64,000 bases of DNA from Candidatus Saccharimonadota bacterium (GCA_029260855.1 JAJDCK010000004.1:18312-82311), one strand, 5' to 3'; counted from the stretch's first letter, positions 28,746 to 39,260 are shown. A program made the numbers and translations. The notes: generated by a model not told the origin, from the letters alone.

Positions 28746-30172
28746 GCCGGTGGCTTTCAATTGCTGATATTGCAGAAAAAGTCCAATCTGGCGAGCTGAA
28801 AGCTACGGCAATGGTTGAGCAGGCGTTTAAGAGTATTGAACAATGCCAAAAATACGACGCAATTATTGCTACGATCCCCGAACGCGCAAAGAGACGCGCA
28901 CAAGAGCTGGACGGTCGTATCGCGCTGGGCGAACAGACTGGACGTTTGTCTGGCGTCCCGTTCATTGCAAAAGACAATTTCTTAACTTTTGGTTCTGAGA
29001 CTACGGCTGCGAGCAACATCCTAAGAGGATTTGAGGCGCCATATCAATCTACAGTAATCGAGCGCCTAGAAGCGGAGGGTGCGATTTGTGTTGCCAAGGC
29101 CAACTTGGATGCTTTTGCGCACGGGGGCAGCACGGAAAACAGTGACTTCATGGTGACCAAAAATCCACATGACGCAAGTCGTGTTCCGGGTGGGAGTAGC
29201 GGTGGGTCGGCAGCAGCCGTGATGCTTGACATGGCGCCGTTCGCCCTTGGTACAGACACGGGTGGCTCAATACGGCTACCCGCATCTTTCACTGGTGCGG
29301 TTGGGCTTAAGCCTACCTATGGGCTTGTCTCAAGAAGTGGTGTGGTGGCTATGGCTAGTAGTACAGACGTAGTGGGCCCACTCGCCCGAACGGTTGAAGA
29401 CGCTGCACTAGTTCTTGATGTGATTTCTGGCAGGGACTTACTAGACGGGACAACAGTCAACCGTGACCCAGAACCATATACGAATCTAGATAGAGCCACA
29501 GTAAGCGAATTTAAAATCGGTATTATCAAAGAGTACATGGGCGAGGGGGTAGATCATGATGTGCGTGAACAAATCCAGTCTACCGTGGAAGCCTTGCAAA
29601 AAGCTGGAGCAGATATACAGGAGCTTAGCTTGCCTTCGCTTGATTTAGCGCTTGCGGCTTATTATATTATTGTTCCGGCAGAAATTAGCAGCAACCTTAG
29701 CCGTTATGATGGGCAGCGGTACGGATTTTCTCATCCAGATGCTACCAACTTAGATCAAAGCTATAATTGGTCAAGAAGCGAGGGCTTTGGACGGGAGGCC
29801 AAACGCAGAATCATGATTGGGACTTATGTGCTTAGCAGCGGATATTACGATGCGTACTACAAAAAAGCACAGCAGTTACGCACGAAGCTTATTGAAGAAT
29901 TCAATAAGGCTTTTAAGTCGGTTGATTTCTTAGTTGGCCCGATTGCGCCTATGACAGCTTTTAAGATTGGTGAAAATACAAACGACCCGCTTAAAATGTA
30001 CTTAGCTGATGCAATGACAGTTGGCGTCAGCCTAGCTGGGCTGCCTGCAATAAGCGTGCCTGTAGGTTTAGACAGGAATAGCTTGCCTGTCGGTATGCAA
30101 CTGATTGGCCAACAAAGGACCGATAGAAAACTTTTCTCTTTGGCGAAAGAAATTGAAAGGTTAGTAAAATGA
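28742..30172 (+). CDS. gatA: Asp/Glu-tRNA amidotransferase subunit A (amidase signature)
   Basis: Amidase signature GGSSGGSAAAV and catalytic Ser-cisSer-Lys context; 4-nt overlap with gatC. Confidence 0.85.
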   Translation: MSRWLSIADIAEKVQSGELKATAMVEQAFKSIEQCQKYDAIIATIPERAKRRAQELDGRIALGEQTGRLSGVPFIAKDNFLTFGSETTAASNILRGFEAPYQSTVIERLEAEGAICVAKANLDAFAHGGSTENSDFMVTKNPHDASRVPGGSSGGSAAAVMLDMAPFALGTDTGGSIRLPASFTGAVGLKPTYGLVSRSGVVAMASSTDVVGPLARTVEDAALVLDVISGRDLLDGTTVNRDPEPYTNLDRATVSEFKIGIIKEYMGEGVDHDVREQIQSTVEALQKAGADIQELSLPSLDLALAAYYIIVPAEISSNLSRYDGQRYGFSHPDATNLDQSYNWSRSEGFGREAKRRIMIGTYVLSSGYYDAYYKKAQQLRTKLIEEFNKAFKSVDFLVGPIAPMTAFKIGENTNDPLKMYLADAMTVGVSLAGLPAISVPVGLDRNSLPVGMQLIGQQRTDRKLFSLAKEIERLVK

Positions 30173-30618
30173 GTCCAGAGAAACAGATTGCAATAGTAGC
30201 AGCCACAATACTACTGTTAACCACTCTAGCGATATTAATAAGAGCTCTGCCCAAGCGTCTCAAGCATGACAGGTTTATCAATAAGTGGCGCTTATTACAA
30301 AATCTGTGCCGAGACAAAGCGACATGGAATGAGGCGGTTCTACTTGGCGATAAACTACTTGACGAAGCCCTTAAAAAGCGCAAGTTTAAGGGCAAAACAA
30401 TGGGCGAGCGCCTAGTTTCGGCAGGCGCGAAATTTATAAACAACGATGCGGTTTGGTATTCTCACAATCTTGTAAAAAAACTAAACATAAACCCAAATGC
30501 AAAGCTGAATGAAAATGAGGTAAAGCAAGCGCTGATCGGCTTTAGACAGGCCTTGCGCGACGTAGGTGCGCTGCCATCACCAAAAGAAGAAAAAAGTGAC
30601 AAAGAGGGTTTGGCGTGA
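30169..30618 (+). CDS. hypothetical membrane-anchored basic protein inserted between gatA and gatB
   Basis: N-terminal TM segment IAIVAATILLLTTLAILI; 4-nt overlaps at both ends with gatA and gatB. Confidence 0.4.
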   Translation: MSPEKQIAIVAATILLLTTLAILIRALPKRLKHDRFINKWRLLQNLCRDKATWNEAVLLGDKLLDEALKKRKFKGKTMGERLVSAGAKFINNDAVWYSHNLVKKLNINPNAKLNENEVKQALIGFRQALRDVGALPSPKEEKSDKEGLA

Positions 30619-32084
30619 TTAGCGATGCTGCACGCAAAACCTACATCCCGACCATCGGGATAGAATGCCATGTGCAGCTTAAAACAAGGACAAAGCTTTT
30701 TGCTGCAGTCGGGAATGACGCACGCGATGCTGCACCAAACACCCTTATAAGCCATATATGTTTAGGTATGCCAGGCGCTCTGCCTGTACTTAACAAGAAA
30801 GCAGTTGAATACGCGATACGTGTTGCGTTTGGCTTTAACACGACCCCTCAAAAGTACAGCTATTTTGAACGAAAACATTACTTTTATCCTGATTTGCCGA
30901 AGGGCTATCAGATAAGCCAACTTAGCAAGCCCATTATTGTTGGAGGGACGGTTAGCTTTGAGTTGGGCGGTGGTATACAAAAGACGATTCGTATCAATCG
31001 CGTTCAGCTAGAGGAGGACGCCGGCAAAAACACTCATCCAGCAGGCGAAGATTATAGCCTGGTTGACCTTAACCGTGCGGGTACACCATTGCTTGAGGTG
31101 GTTTCTGAACCTGACATACATTCAGCGTCGGAGGCCAAAGCCTATGCTCACGAGTTATGGTTGCTCATGCGGTACGCAGATGTATCAGACGCAGATATGT
31201 ACCACGGCAATATGAGATTTGACGTTAACGTAAGCGTTAGTAAGGATCCTAATGAACTCGGGCTGCGGACTGAAACTAAAAATATAAACAGCTTTAGGGC
31301 TGTTGAGAAGGCCGCCGAATACGAGATTAACCGTCAGATTGAGCTAATTGAAAAAGGTCAAAGAATAGTCCAGGAGACACGTGGCTGGGATGACGCTAAG
31401 CAAAAAACATTCTCGCAGCGTAGCAAAGAAGAGGCTCACGACTACCGTTATATGCCGGATCCGGACATACCGCCGATTATACTTGATAATGATCTAGTAC
31501 AGACCGTGCGCAAATCTATGCCCGTACTCCCCATTGAGTGGCGGCAGCGTCTAGCTAGCCTTGACCTGGACGCTCTAGTTATAGAAACATTGATTGATGC
31601 CCAGGCCGAGGTGCCCGAAGCAAATTACCTGCCCTTTATAGAGACTAGTCTTGTAGACGCGCCGTTTGCTAAGTTTGTTGTTAACCATATCGTCAACACT
31701 ATTGACCCTATGCGCAGAGAAAACGGCCAAGTTGCCAACACATGGGATACTTACTTAAAAGAAATATATAATTTGCAGCAAAACGGTAAATTAAGCTCGA
31801 CTAATACAAAAGCACTGATAGTGACTTTACTTAGTTCTGGTGCTCAGCCCCAGGAGCTTGAAAAATACGCCGAAGAACAAGGGTTCATACAGGTTTCTGA
31901 TGAAAAAGAAATTGCCCGAATAGTAGCCGAAGTGATAAGCACAAACCCCAGAGCCGCCGAAGATGTAAAAAACGGTGAAATGAAGGCGATCGGATTTTTA
32001 GTTGGACAGGTCATGAAACTCTCAATGGGCAAGGCTAATCCCGGCCTAGCCCAAGAACAAATCAAAAAGCATCTTAATAGTTAA
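30615..32084 (+). CDS. gatB: Asp/Glu-tRNA amidotransferase subunit B
   Basis: GatB N-terminal IGIECHVQLKT...SYFERKHYFYPDLPKGYQISQ and C-terminal YqeY-like tail. Confidence 0.85.
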   Translation: MISDAARKTYIPTIGIECHVQLKTRTKLFAAVGNDARDAAPNTLISHICLGMPGALPVLNKKAVEYAIRVAFGFNTTPQKYSYFERKHYFYPDLPKGYQISQLSKPIIVGGTVSFELGGGIQKTIRINRVQLEEDAGKNTHPAGEDYSLVDLNRAGTPLLEVVSEPDIHSASEAKAYAHELWLLMRYADVSDADMYHGNMRFDVNVSVSKDPNELGLRTETKNINSFRAVEKAAEYEINRQIELIEKGQRIVQETRGWDDAKQKTFSQRSKEEAHDYRYMPDPDIPPIILDNDLVQTVRKSMPVLPIEWRQRLASLDLDALVIETLIDAQAEVPEANYLPFIETSLVDAPFAKFVVNHIVNTIDPMRRENGQVANTWDTYLKEIYNLQQNGKLSSTNTKALIVTLLSSGAQPQELEKYAEEQGFIQVSDEKEIARIVAEVISTNPRAAEDVKNGEMKAIGFLVGQVMKLSMGKANPGLAQEQIKKHLNS

Positions 32085-32115
32085 TTATTCTGCAAACTAC
32101 TTGTAAAATGTAGCT

Positions 32116-33006
32116 ATGCACAAATCAAAAGTTCGAAAGGCTGTAATTGCGGCGGCAGGGTTTGGAACACGGTTTTTACCACAGACTAAGGCGATGCCTA
32201 AAGAGATGCTGCCGTTGGTAGATAAGCCGATAATTCAATACATTGTTGAAGAGCTGGTTGCTGCCGGCATAGAAGATATTGTGATTGTAACCGGCTACCA
32301 TAAGCGAGCTATTGAAGACCACTTTGACTATATTAGCGGCGATTTAAGAACTAATCTGCAAGAGAGTGGTAAAGAGGACCTACTTGCCTCGACTAATAAA
32401 ATCTCAGATCTAGCCAACTTTGCATATGTGCGGCAGAAAGGTCCATACGGTAATGCCACCCCGCTTCTGAATGTTGAGCACTTGATAGGTGACGAGCCCT
32501 TTATATACACTTACGCAGACGACATCTTTGTAGCAGAACCTTCGCGATTTAGTGTAATGATTGACGCATATCAAAAGCTAAACACCTGCATTCTGCCGTG
32601 CATTCGTACCACAAAAAAAGAGGACTATTCACGGTACGGGTTTATAACGGGTCAAGAGACTAAGGGTGGCGTTGTGCGCATGACGAATATCATAGAGAAG
32701 CCTGGAATAGGAAACGTTGAGTCGGACATAGCTAGTGCAGGAGGATATCTACTAACACCGGATATTTATCGTTATCTACACAAGTCACTTGACGAACTGC
32801 CACCGGGCAAGGAATTTCAGATTCAACCAGCCATGATTGATATGATAAAAGACGGTAAGGCATTATACGCGACAGAAATACCGAACGGGCGTTATTACGA
32901 TGCCGGCAATAAGCTTGAGTACCTAAAAACAGTCATAGATTTTGCTCTGAAGCATGAAGAGCTTAAGGACGACATATTAAGCTATATACGAAAGGTAATT
33001 GGCTGA
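32116..33006 (+). CDS. galU: UTP--glucose-1-phosphate uridylyltransferase
   Basis: KAVIAAAGFGTRFLPQTKAMPKEMLPLVDKPIIQY nucleotidyltransferase signature. Confidence 0.8.
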   Translation: MHKSKVRKAVIAAAGFGTRFLPQTKAMPKEMLPLVDKPIIQYIVEELVAAGIEDIVIVTGYHKRAIEDHFDYISGDLRTNLQESGKEDLLASTNKISDLANFAYVRQKGPYGNATPLLNVEHLIGDEPFIYTYADDIFVAEPSRFSVMIDAYQKLNTCILPCIRTTKKEDYSRYGFITGQETKGGVVRMTNIIEKPGIGNVESDIASAGGYLLTPDIYRYLHKSLDELPPGKEFQIQPAMIDMIKDGKALYATEIPNGRYYDAGNKLEYLKTVIDFALKHEELKDDILSYIRKVIG

Positions 33007-33069
33007 TCTGAGAGCTGATCTGCAATGTAGCCTAGCTCAACTTCTTGTCTAATGTTGTATACTTAGTCT

Positions 33070-33342
33070 GTGATCGATGATGCGGAGAGAACACTAGTCG
33101 TTATATTGGCAGCAGCCTTAGCTTTGCTGCTGGCTTTATCTATACTGGCTGTCGTTAAGTTTATGCAGCTTCTTAATACTCTAAGAAGTGTTGCTGAAAA
33201 AGCTGAATATGTTGCTGAAGCTGCCGAGACACTGACCAATAGCCTGCCGAAGGCATTTGGTTCGCTGGCTATAGGGCGAATATTTGCTAAAGCATTTAAT
33301 GCTATGATGAATAAATCGTTTACCGGAAAGAAGGGCAAATAA
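33070..33342 (+). CDS. DUF948 / YtxG-like small membrane protein
   Basis: Single N-terminal TM followed by a helical region; same architecture as Bacillus YtxG. Confidence 0.4.
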   Translation: MIDDAERTLVVILAAALALLLALSILAVVKFMQLLNTLRSVAEKAEYVAEAAETLTNSLPKAFGSLAIGRIFAKAFNAMMNKSFTGKKGK

Positions 33343-33782
33343 TGGCAAAACAAAGGACGGGCAAATTAGCTATTGGGGCTGTAGTTGCGGCTGGGATTGG
33401 CTATGCTGCCGGAATCTTGACTGCTCCAAAAAGTGGCAAAACAGCAAGACGCAACATACAAAAAGCGACAGTAAAAGCCAAGAACGAAGCCGAGGCTAAG
33501 CTGAAGCATCTTCACAGCGACTTATCCGACGTAATAGCGCAGAGCAAACGCCAGGCCAAGGCTGCAACTATCAAGACAAAAGTCGGTCTAGACGACGCTT
33601 TAAAAACAGCACAGACAGCAAAAGACAAAGCGCGCCAGTTGTTAAGTGCGGTCCACGAAGGCGAAGCCGATGACAAAGATTTACAAAAGGCCATTGATGA
33701 GGTTAAGAAGGCTACGTTGCACCTGAAGTCATTTGTAAAAAAAGATGATACAAACAATGCCAAAAGTAAGTCCAAAAAATAA
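33342..33782 (+). CDS. YtxH-like protein
   Basis: GAVVAAGIGYAAGILTAPKSGKTARRNI matches the YtxH N-terminal signature (LLAPKSGKELR), followed by a Lys/Ala-rich coiled coil. Confidence 0.55.
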   Translation: MAKQRTGKLAIGAVVAAGIGYAAGILTAPKSGKTARRNIQKATVKAKNEAEAKLKHLHSDLSDVIAQSKRQAKAATIKTKVGLDDALKTAQTAKDKARQLLSAVHEGEADDKDLQKAIDEVKKATLHLKSFVKKDDTNNAKSKSKK

Positions 33783-34011
33783 CACCATTCACTACGAACA
33801 ACTCGGTCGTTTAATATCCGATGTTTACGAGACAGGCTATGCTAGCAGGGGTCGGATCTATCGCATGAGCTTTGTAAAAGGTCTGTTGGCGGGTTTTGGA
33901 GGTGTTGTTGGTGCTACTATTGTTGTGGGCTTGGTGGTTTGGCTTTTGTCGCTGCTTGATGCCGTGCCTTTTGTTAACGATCTTCGGGATGCGATTGAGC
34001 GAGGCAGATGA
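33757..34011 (+). CDS. small membrane protein (DUF5665-like)
   Basis: FVKGLLAGFGGVVGATIVVGLVVWLLSLL core; overlaps the preceding gene. Confidence 0.35.
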   Translation: MPKVSPKNNTIHYEQLGRLISDVYETGYASRGRIYRMSFVKGLLAGFGGVVGATIVVGLVVWLLSLLDAVPFVNDLRDAIERGR

Positions 34012-34079
34012 GCTGTTGTAATAATAAACGTCGCAACCACGGACGTGTTCTTATAAAATAAAGACCAAAGAGGGTAAAT

Positions 34080-37000
34080 ATGGCATTAAACTCTAGGGAC
34101 TATGTACATCTGCACAACCATACCCAGTACAGCTTGTTGGACGGTCTGACTAAGATCCCTGCGCTTATTGATCGTGTCCTAGAGCTCGGTATGAAATCAG
34201 TTGCAATAACAGATCACGGTACGTTGTCCGGTGTGGTGGAGTTTTATAAAGAAGCAAAGGCTAAGGGCGTAAAACCGATTATCGGGCTAGAGACATATGT
34301 TGCGCCGCGGCGACATACTGACAGAGATTCGAGCAAAGATAAAAATTACTACCACCTGATCTTGCTTGCTATGAATGAAACTGGCTATCAAAACCTAATG
34401 CGGTTGAGTACTATAGCTAATTTACAAGGGTTCTATTATCGTCCACGCGTTGATCGTGAACTGCTTGAAAAGTATAACGAAGGGCTTATTGTTTTATCTG
34501 GCTGTATTGGTGGCGAGGTCGGAGATATGCTTCGCCAGGGGCAATTTGAGAAAGCCGGACAGGTAGCAGAATGGTACAAGAAAATATTTGGCGACAGGTA
34601 TTATCTGGAGATCCAGGACCATGGTCACGCAGACCATCCTAGTAAATGGTCAGACCAGGTTGAGGTTACAAAAAACACGTTTAAGCTGAGCGAGCAGCTT
34701 GATATACCGTGTGTAGTTACGTGTGACGCACATTACCTGAATCATAAAGACCAGCAAGCCCATGAAATATTGCTATGCGTACAAACGGGGTCTTTCTTGA
34801 GTGACGAAAATCGCATGTCACTTAAAGACTTTGAGCTATACGTCACCGAACCAAGTGACCTAATAAAAAGGTGGGGCAAAAAACATCCCGATCTTATATT
34901 GAATACTTCGAAAATTGCCGATAGATGTAACGTAGAATTAAAACTCGGCAAATACCTTATTCCTAAATTTCCAGTTCCCCCAAAAGAGACCGAAAAAAGC
35001 TATTTGGATAGACTGACATTTGAGGGATTGGTTCAGAGATTTGCCGATACAATGCCAAAAGCGACCGATAGTATAGCCCAGTTAAAAAAACTACTACCGA
35101 ATAATGTGATAGAAAGAGCGAACTACGAGCTAAGTATTATTAACGGTATGGGCTTTAGTGGCTATTTTCTTATAGTTCAAGATTTTATTAACTGGGGCAA
35201 GGATCAAGGCATCGTGTTCGGCCCGGGACGTGGCAGCGGAGCGGGCTCAATCGTTGCCTATGCACTTAGGATTACTGAGCTGGATCCGCTTACGTATGAC
35301 CTGCTGTTTGAGCGTTTTTTGAACCCTGACCGTATTAGTATGCCTGACTTTGATATTGATATACAAGATTCGCGTCGGGATGAGGTAATTAACTATTGTG
35401 TACAAAAATACGGCGAAGGTAGAGTCGCTAATATCGTCACGTTTGGCCGCATGGCGGCCCGCAATGCAGTGCGTGATGTAGCGCGCGTCTTAAGAGTACC
35501 GTATTCTGAAGCCGACCGACTAGCCAAGATGATACCGCCCCCAGTCCAGGGCCGGCATATATTGCTAGAGAAATCCTTAAAGGACAACCCCGAGCTTAAA
35601 CACGAATACGAAACCAATGAGCAGGCAAAAGAGGTCTTTGATCTTGCAGTCCAATTGGAGGGTACGATTCGTAGCCATGGAGTACACGCTGCAGGAGTTG
35701 TTATTGCGCCCGACGACATTGTAAAGTTTGTCCCCTTGGAGCTGGCGCAAAAGGGCGTAGTAGCCACACAATACCCCATGGGTCCTATAGAGGATCTGGG
35801 TTTGCTTAAAATGGACTTTTTGGGCTTATCAAACTTAACAACAATCAAGAATGCGCTTAGAATTATCAAGAAAGTTCACAACGAAGACATAACTATTACA
35901 GAGATCCCGCTGGATGACAAGAAAACTTACAAACTTTTAGCTAGCGGCAACACGACCGGTGTTTTTCAGTTGGAGTCAGCTGGTATGAAGCGTTATTTGA
36001 AGGACCTCCAGCCGTCGGTTTTTGAGGATATTATTTCTATGGTTGCACTGTATCGTCCAGGACCGATGCAGTGGATTGATGATTTTATTGATCGTAAGCA
36101 CGGACGTAAGCCGATTACTTATTTGCACCCAGCTATGGAGCCGGCCTTGAAGTCTACATATGGCGTTATTGTGACCCAAGAACAGGTGATGCAGATTTCA
36201 AAGGACATGTGTGGTTTTACGGGGGGTCAAGCTGATACTTTGCGTAAAGGTATAGGTAAGAAAATCCCCGCTGTGTTAGCTAAGATGAAGAAAGAGTTCA
36301 TTGAAGGGGCGATAAAAACCGTAGGTGCTGACAGGCCTCTTATGGAAAAGTTTTGGAAACAGCTTGAGGAGTTTGCTGCCTATTGTTTCAATAAGGCTCA
36401 TTCGGCGTGCTACGCCATGATCGCATACTGGACAGCTTACCTGAAGGCAAATTACCCGGCGGCTTTTATGGCGGCACTTATGACCAGTGACTATGATGAT
36501 ACCGATCGACTTGCAATAGAAATCACTGAGTGTAAACACATGGGCATCGGTGTCCTTGCCCCTGACATTAACGAGTCGTTTATGGAATTCGCAGTTGTTC
36601 CGGAGATGAATCAAATCAGGTTTGGCATGCTTGCTGTAAAAAATGTTGGTACTGGAGCTGTTGAAGAAATTCTGAGAGCTCGAAAAGCTGGTGTTTTTGT
36701 AAGTTTGGAAGATTTTTTCACAAGAGTAAATGTTCGTGTTGTAAACCGTAAGACCCTTGAAAGCCTTATAAAATCTGGTGCATTTGATCGTTTCGGTGAA
36801 CGAGGAACACTACTGCACAATATTGACCTACTTCTAGCCTATGCAGCGCGAATTCAGAAACAATCTGCCAGTGGGCAGACCGATTTATTCGGCAACCTAG
36901 TTGAAGACAATCAGGTTCAGTCCCAGATAACTCTAGAAAAAGTCGCTAACCCGGCATCCCATCAGTTGTTGGTTTGGGAAAGGGAGCTACTTGGGCTTTA

Positions 37001-37682
37001 TCTTTCCCGTCACCCACTAGAAGACTATCAGCTCATTCTTAGCGAACTGTCGTTGCCCATAAGTAGTGTTACGGCCGAACACGACGGGAAAGTTGTCAAA
37101 GTAGGCGGCGCAATTGAAGAGGTACGTGAAATAACAACCAAAAATGGACAAAAAATGGCTTTTGTTAAGATTACCGATCAATCTAATCAGATTGAGCTTG
37201 TGCTGTTCCCTAGTGTGTATCAGCAAACCCTTGGTATATGGGTGCGTGATAGAGTGGTTTTGGCTAAAGGTAAGGTTAGCTCTAAGGATAGGCAAGGTAA
37301 CGATAGTGGTGAGATCAAGATACTAGCTGAAGAGGCTAGAGAAATTACAGCCGAGCAAGCGGAAGCTTATCAATCAACAGGCAAAAAAGTTAAGGGGCCA
37401 AAATCAAACCCTAAAGTAACGAATAAGAAAGTCGTTGCTGCTGCAGTCGAGGCGCCGATACCGAGGCTATATCTACGTCTTGAAAACAGCGAGGACTCTC
37501 AGCTACTGACGAGTCTTAAGTCTACGATTGACTTATATCATGGTAATACCGAAGTCGTCTTGGTGGTTGGCAGTACACAGCGTAAACAAGCAATAAAGCT
37601 GCCAATGAAGATCGAGCCCAACGAAGAAAGCCTGCTAAAACTAGGCGAAGTTCTAGGCAGAGAAAACATAAAACTACACTAA
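34080..37682 (+). CDS. dnaE: DNA polymerase III alpha subunit
   Basis: 1200 aa; PHP domain HLHNHTQYSLLDG, polymerase core, OB-fold tail. Confidence 0.9.
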   Translation: MALNSRDYVHLHNHTQYSLLDGLTKIPALIDRVLELGMKSVAITDHGTLSGVVEFYKEAKAKGVKPIIGLETYVAPRRHTDRDSSKDKNYYHLILLAMNETGYQNLMRLSTIANLQGFYYRPRVDRELLEKYNEGLIVLSGCIGGEVGDMLRQGQFEKAGQVAEWYKKIFGDRYYLEIQDHGHADHPSKWSDQVEVTKNTFKLSEQLDIPCVVTCDAHYLNHKDQQAHEILLCVQTGSFLSDENRMSLKDFELYVTEPSDLIKRWGKKHPDLILNTSKIADRCNVELKLGKYLIPKFPVPPKETEKSYLDRLTFEGLVQRFADTMPKATDSIAQLKKLLPNNVIERANYELSIINGMGFSGYFLIVQDFINWGKDQGIVFGPGRGSGAGSIVAYALRITELDPLTYDLLFERFLNPDRISMPDFDIDIQDSRRDEVINYCVQKYGEGRVANIVTFGRMAARNAVRDVARVLRVPYSEADRLAKMIPPPVQGRHILLEKSLKDNPELKHEYETNEQAKEVFDLAVQLEGTIRSHGVHAAGVVIAPDDIVKFVPLELAQKGVVATQYPMGPIEDLGLLKMDFLGLSNLTTIKNALRIIKKVHNEDITITEIPLDDKKTYKLLASGNTTGVFQLESAGMKRYLKDLQPSVFEDIISMVALYRPGPMQWIDDFIDRKHGRKPITYLHPAMEPALKSTYGVIVTQEQVMQISKDMCGFTGGQADTLRKGIGKKIPAVLAKMKKEFIEGAIKTVGADRPLMEKFWKQLEEFAAYCFNKAHSACYAMIAYWTAYLKANYPAAFMAALMTSDYDDTDRLAIEITECKHMGIGVLAPDINESFMEFAVVPEMNQIRFGMLAVKNVGTGAVEEILRARKAGVFVSLEDFFTRVNVRVVNRKTLESLIKSGAFDRFGERGTLLHNIDLLLAYAARIQKQSASGQTDLFGNLVEDNQVQSQITLEKVANPASHQLLVWERELLGLYLSRHPLEDYQLILSELSLPISSVTAEHDGKVVKVGGAIEEVREITTKNGQKMAFVKITDQSNQIELVLFPSVYQQTLGIWVRDRVVLAKGKVSSKDRQGNDSGEIKILAEEAREITAEQAEAYQSTGKKVKGPKSNPKVTNKKVVAAAVEAPIPRLYLRLENSEDSQLLTSLKSTIDLYHGNTEVVLVVGSTQRKQAIKLPMKIEPNEESLLKLGEVLGRENIKLH

Positions 37683-38740
37683 AGTATAACGCCTATGTTT
37701 TGGGCTAATGTAATAGTTAGAATCAAAAAGCTGACTAAGGTTACGTCCAACACTGGGTGGTGAAACACAAACTTTTCGCCTCCCTTGAGCAGCTTGCTGC
37801 CAGACCGGAAAACCTTATGCAAGCGCACACCGTGACTTATGAATAGAGCGGTTACCGCTATACCGCTCATAATACCTACTGCAAAGAGCGCCCAAGGAGC
37901 CCTACCCTTTGTTAAAGCCTCTATGCGAGTTACTGGTTGCTCGCTTGCAGATTGTGCCAAGATTGTAGGCGCCACCTCTGCTGTAGTGGCTTGAGGGTTG
38001 TCTGCTAGATTTACGCTTGGCTTACTTTCTGTTGCCGTCGGAGGGGCAGCTACGGGATCTGCAGTCAATGCTTTTGGCGAAGATGTAGGCGTACTTGCTT
38101 GTGAAGCTGGCGGTGGTGTAGCGGTCGCTGGAGTAGATGCAGGCGATGACGCACCAAGCGTTTGAGGGTGGCCATACATAGCAACAACAACTGTTTGATT
38201 ACCCTGGTCTTGATAATCAAGCACGTTCGTATACCCAAAACCAACTTCGGTAAATTCGTCGTCCAGCATATTTGTCCGATGCGACATACTATTCATCCAG
38301 CCAGATATGGTTTGAGAACTTGTAGCAAATCCATAAGCTAAGTTTTCGCCTGCCTTGGTGTATCTATAGCCAGCTTGGTCAAAGAAAGTCCACGGTTCCT
38401 GGCCGTCAGGAGTATTGTGTGACCAATAATTACGATTAGCCATATCATTTGCCTTTGCCTGTGCTGCCGAGGTAAGTTTAGAATTCAATATTAGATTTGA
38501 TTTGCTGTTTGTGCTTCGCTGTTCATTAGTGTTCGAGAGTAAGGTTGCTGAGCTAATCTCCGTCGCATATGCCAAAACGTTTTTTTGGATTATCGGTATG
38601 CGTATGTTGCTAAGGACCAGGCTCGTTACAAGAAATATTACTGCCGGAAGATATGGTAGGTAAACATTGTGGTAGCGTTTAGTGCGGTTGTGATGGTGGC
38701 CGACGCGTTTTTTTTGTGTTACGTGTTTGGTAGATTTCAT
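37679..38740 (-). CDS. CAP/SCP (PR-1-like) domain protein, membrane-anchored
   Basis: CAP motifs NYWSHNTPDG, GENLAYG, SGWMNSMSHRTNML. Basic N-terminus with TM, Pro/Thr/Ala-rich linker, C-terminal hydrophobic segments. Confidence 0.6.
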   Translation of the reverse strand: MKSTKHVTQKKRVGHHHNRTKRYHNVYLPYLPAVIFLVTSLVLSNIRIPIIQKNVLAYATEISSATLLSNTNEQRSTNSKSNLILNSKLTSAAQAKANDMANRNYWSHNTPDGQEPWTFFDQAGYRYTKAGENLAYGFATSSQTISGWMNSMSHRTNMLDDEFTEVGFGYTNVLDYQDQGNQTVVVAMYGHPQTLGASSPASTPATATPPPASQASTPTSSPKALTADPVAAPPTATESKPSVNLADNPQATTAEVAPTILAQSASEQPVTRIEALTKGRAPWALFAVGIMSGIAVTALFISHGVRLHKVFRSGSKLLKGGEKFVFHHPVLDVTLVSFLILTITLAQNIGVIL

Positions 38741-38762
38741 TCTTGGTTGGATTATATCATTA

Positions 38763-39260
38763 TTATATCTTGTGTTTCAGACTATACAAAGCCATTGCTG
38801 CTGCCTGTGCTACGTTGAAAGACTCCTTTGCGCCTTGCATCGGTATTTCTAATATTGTATCAGCACTATCAAGTATGCTTGAGTCAATGCCGACAACCTC
38901 ATTGCCGACTATAAGTCCTACACTGCCTCCTGGTTTATAATCTTGCAAGTTCACCGCGTTATTGGCTTGCTCGAGCGCGCATATACTAAAACCTTCGGTT
39001 TTTAGTTTCCGGGTTACTACATTAATATCCGAACAATACTGCCATTCAGTAGTAGCTTCTGCTCCAAGTGCGGTCTTGTGAATTTGCCTTGCAGCCTTAG
39101 CAGCCTCATGTGGCATGCGTGCGTCATTTGGGCAGGGCGGATGAGCTGTGTAGCCAGTCAGGTAAATCTTGCTGATGCCCAAACCGTCGGCGGTTCTCAG
39201 CAAGGAGCCAACGTTATGGGCGCTGCGTAGGTTATGAACAATCAATACAAGTTTATTCAT
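38763..39260 (-). CDS. SpoU/TrmH-family RNA 2'-O-methyltransferase
   Basis: LVLIVHNLRSAHNVGSLLRTADGLG and the 165-aa SPOUT fold size. Confidence 0.7.
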   Translation of the reverse strand: MNKLVLIVHNLRSAHNVGSLLRTADGLGISKIYLTGYTAHPPCPNDARMPHEAAKAARQIHKTALGAEATTEWQYCSDINVVTRKLKTEGFSICALEQANNAVNLQDYKPGGSVGLIVGNEVVGIDSSILDSADTILEIPMQGAKESFNVAQAAAMALYSLKHKI

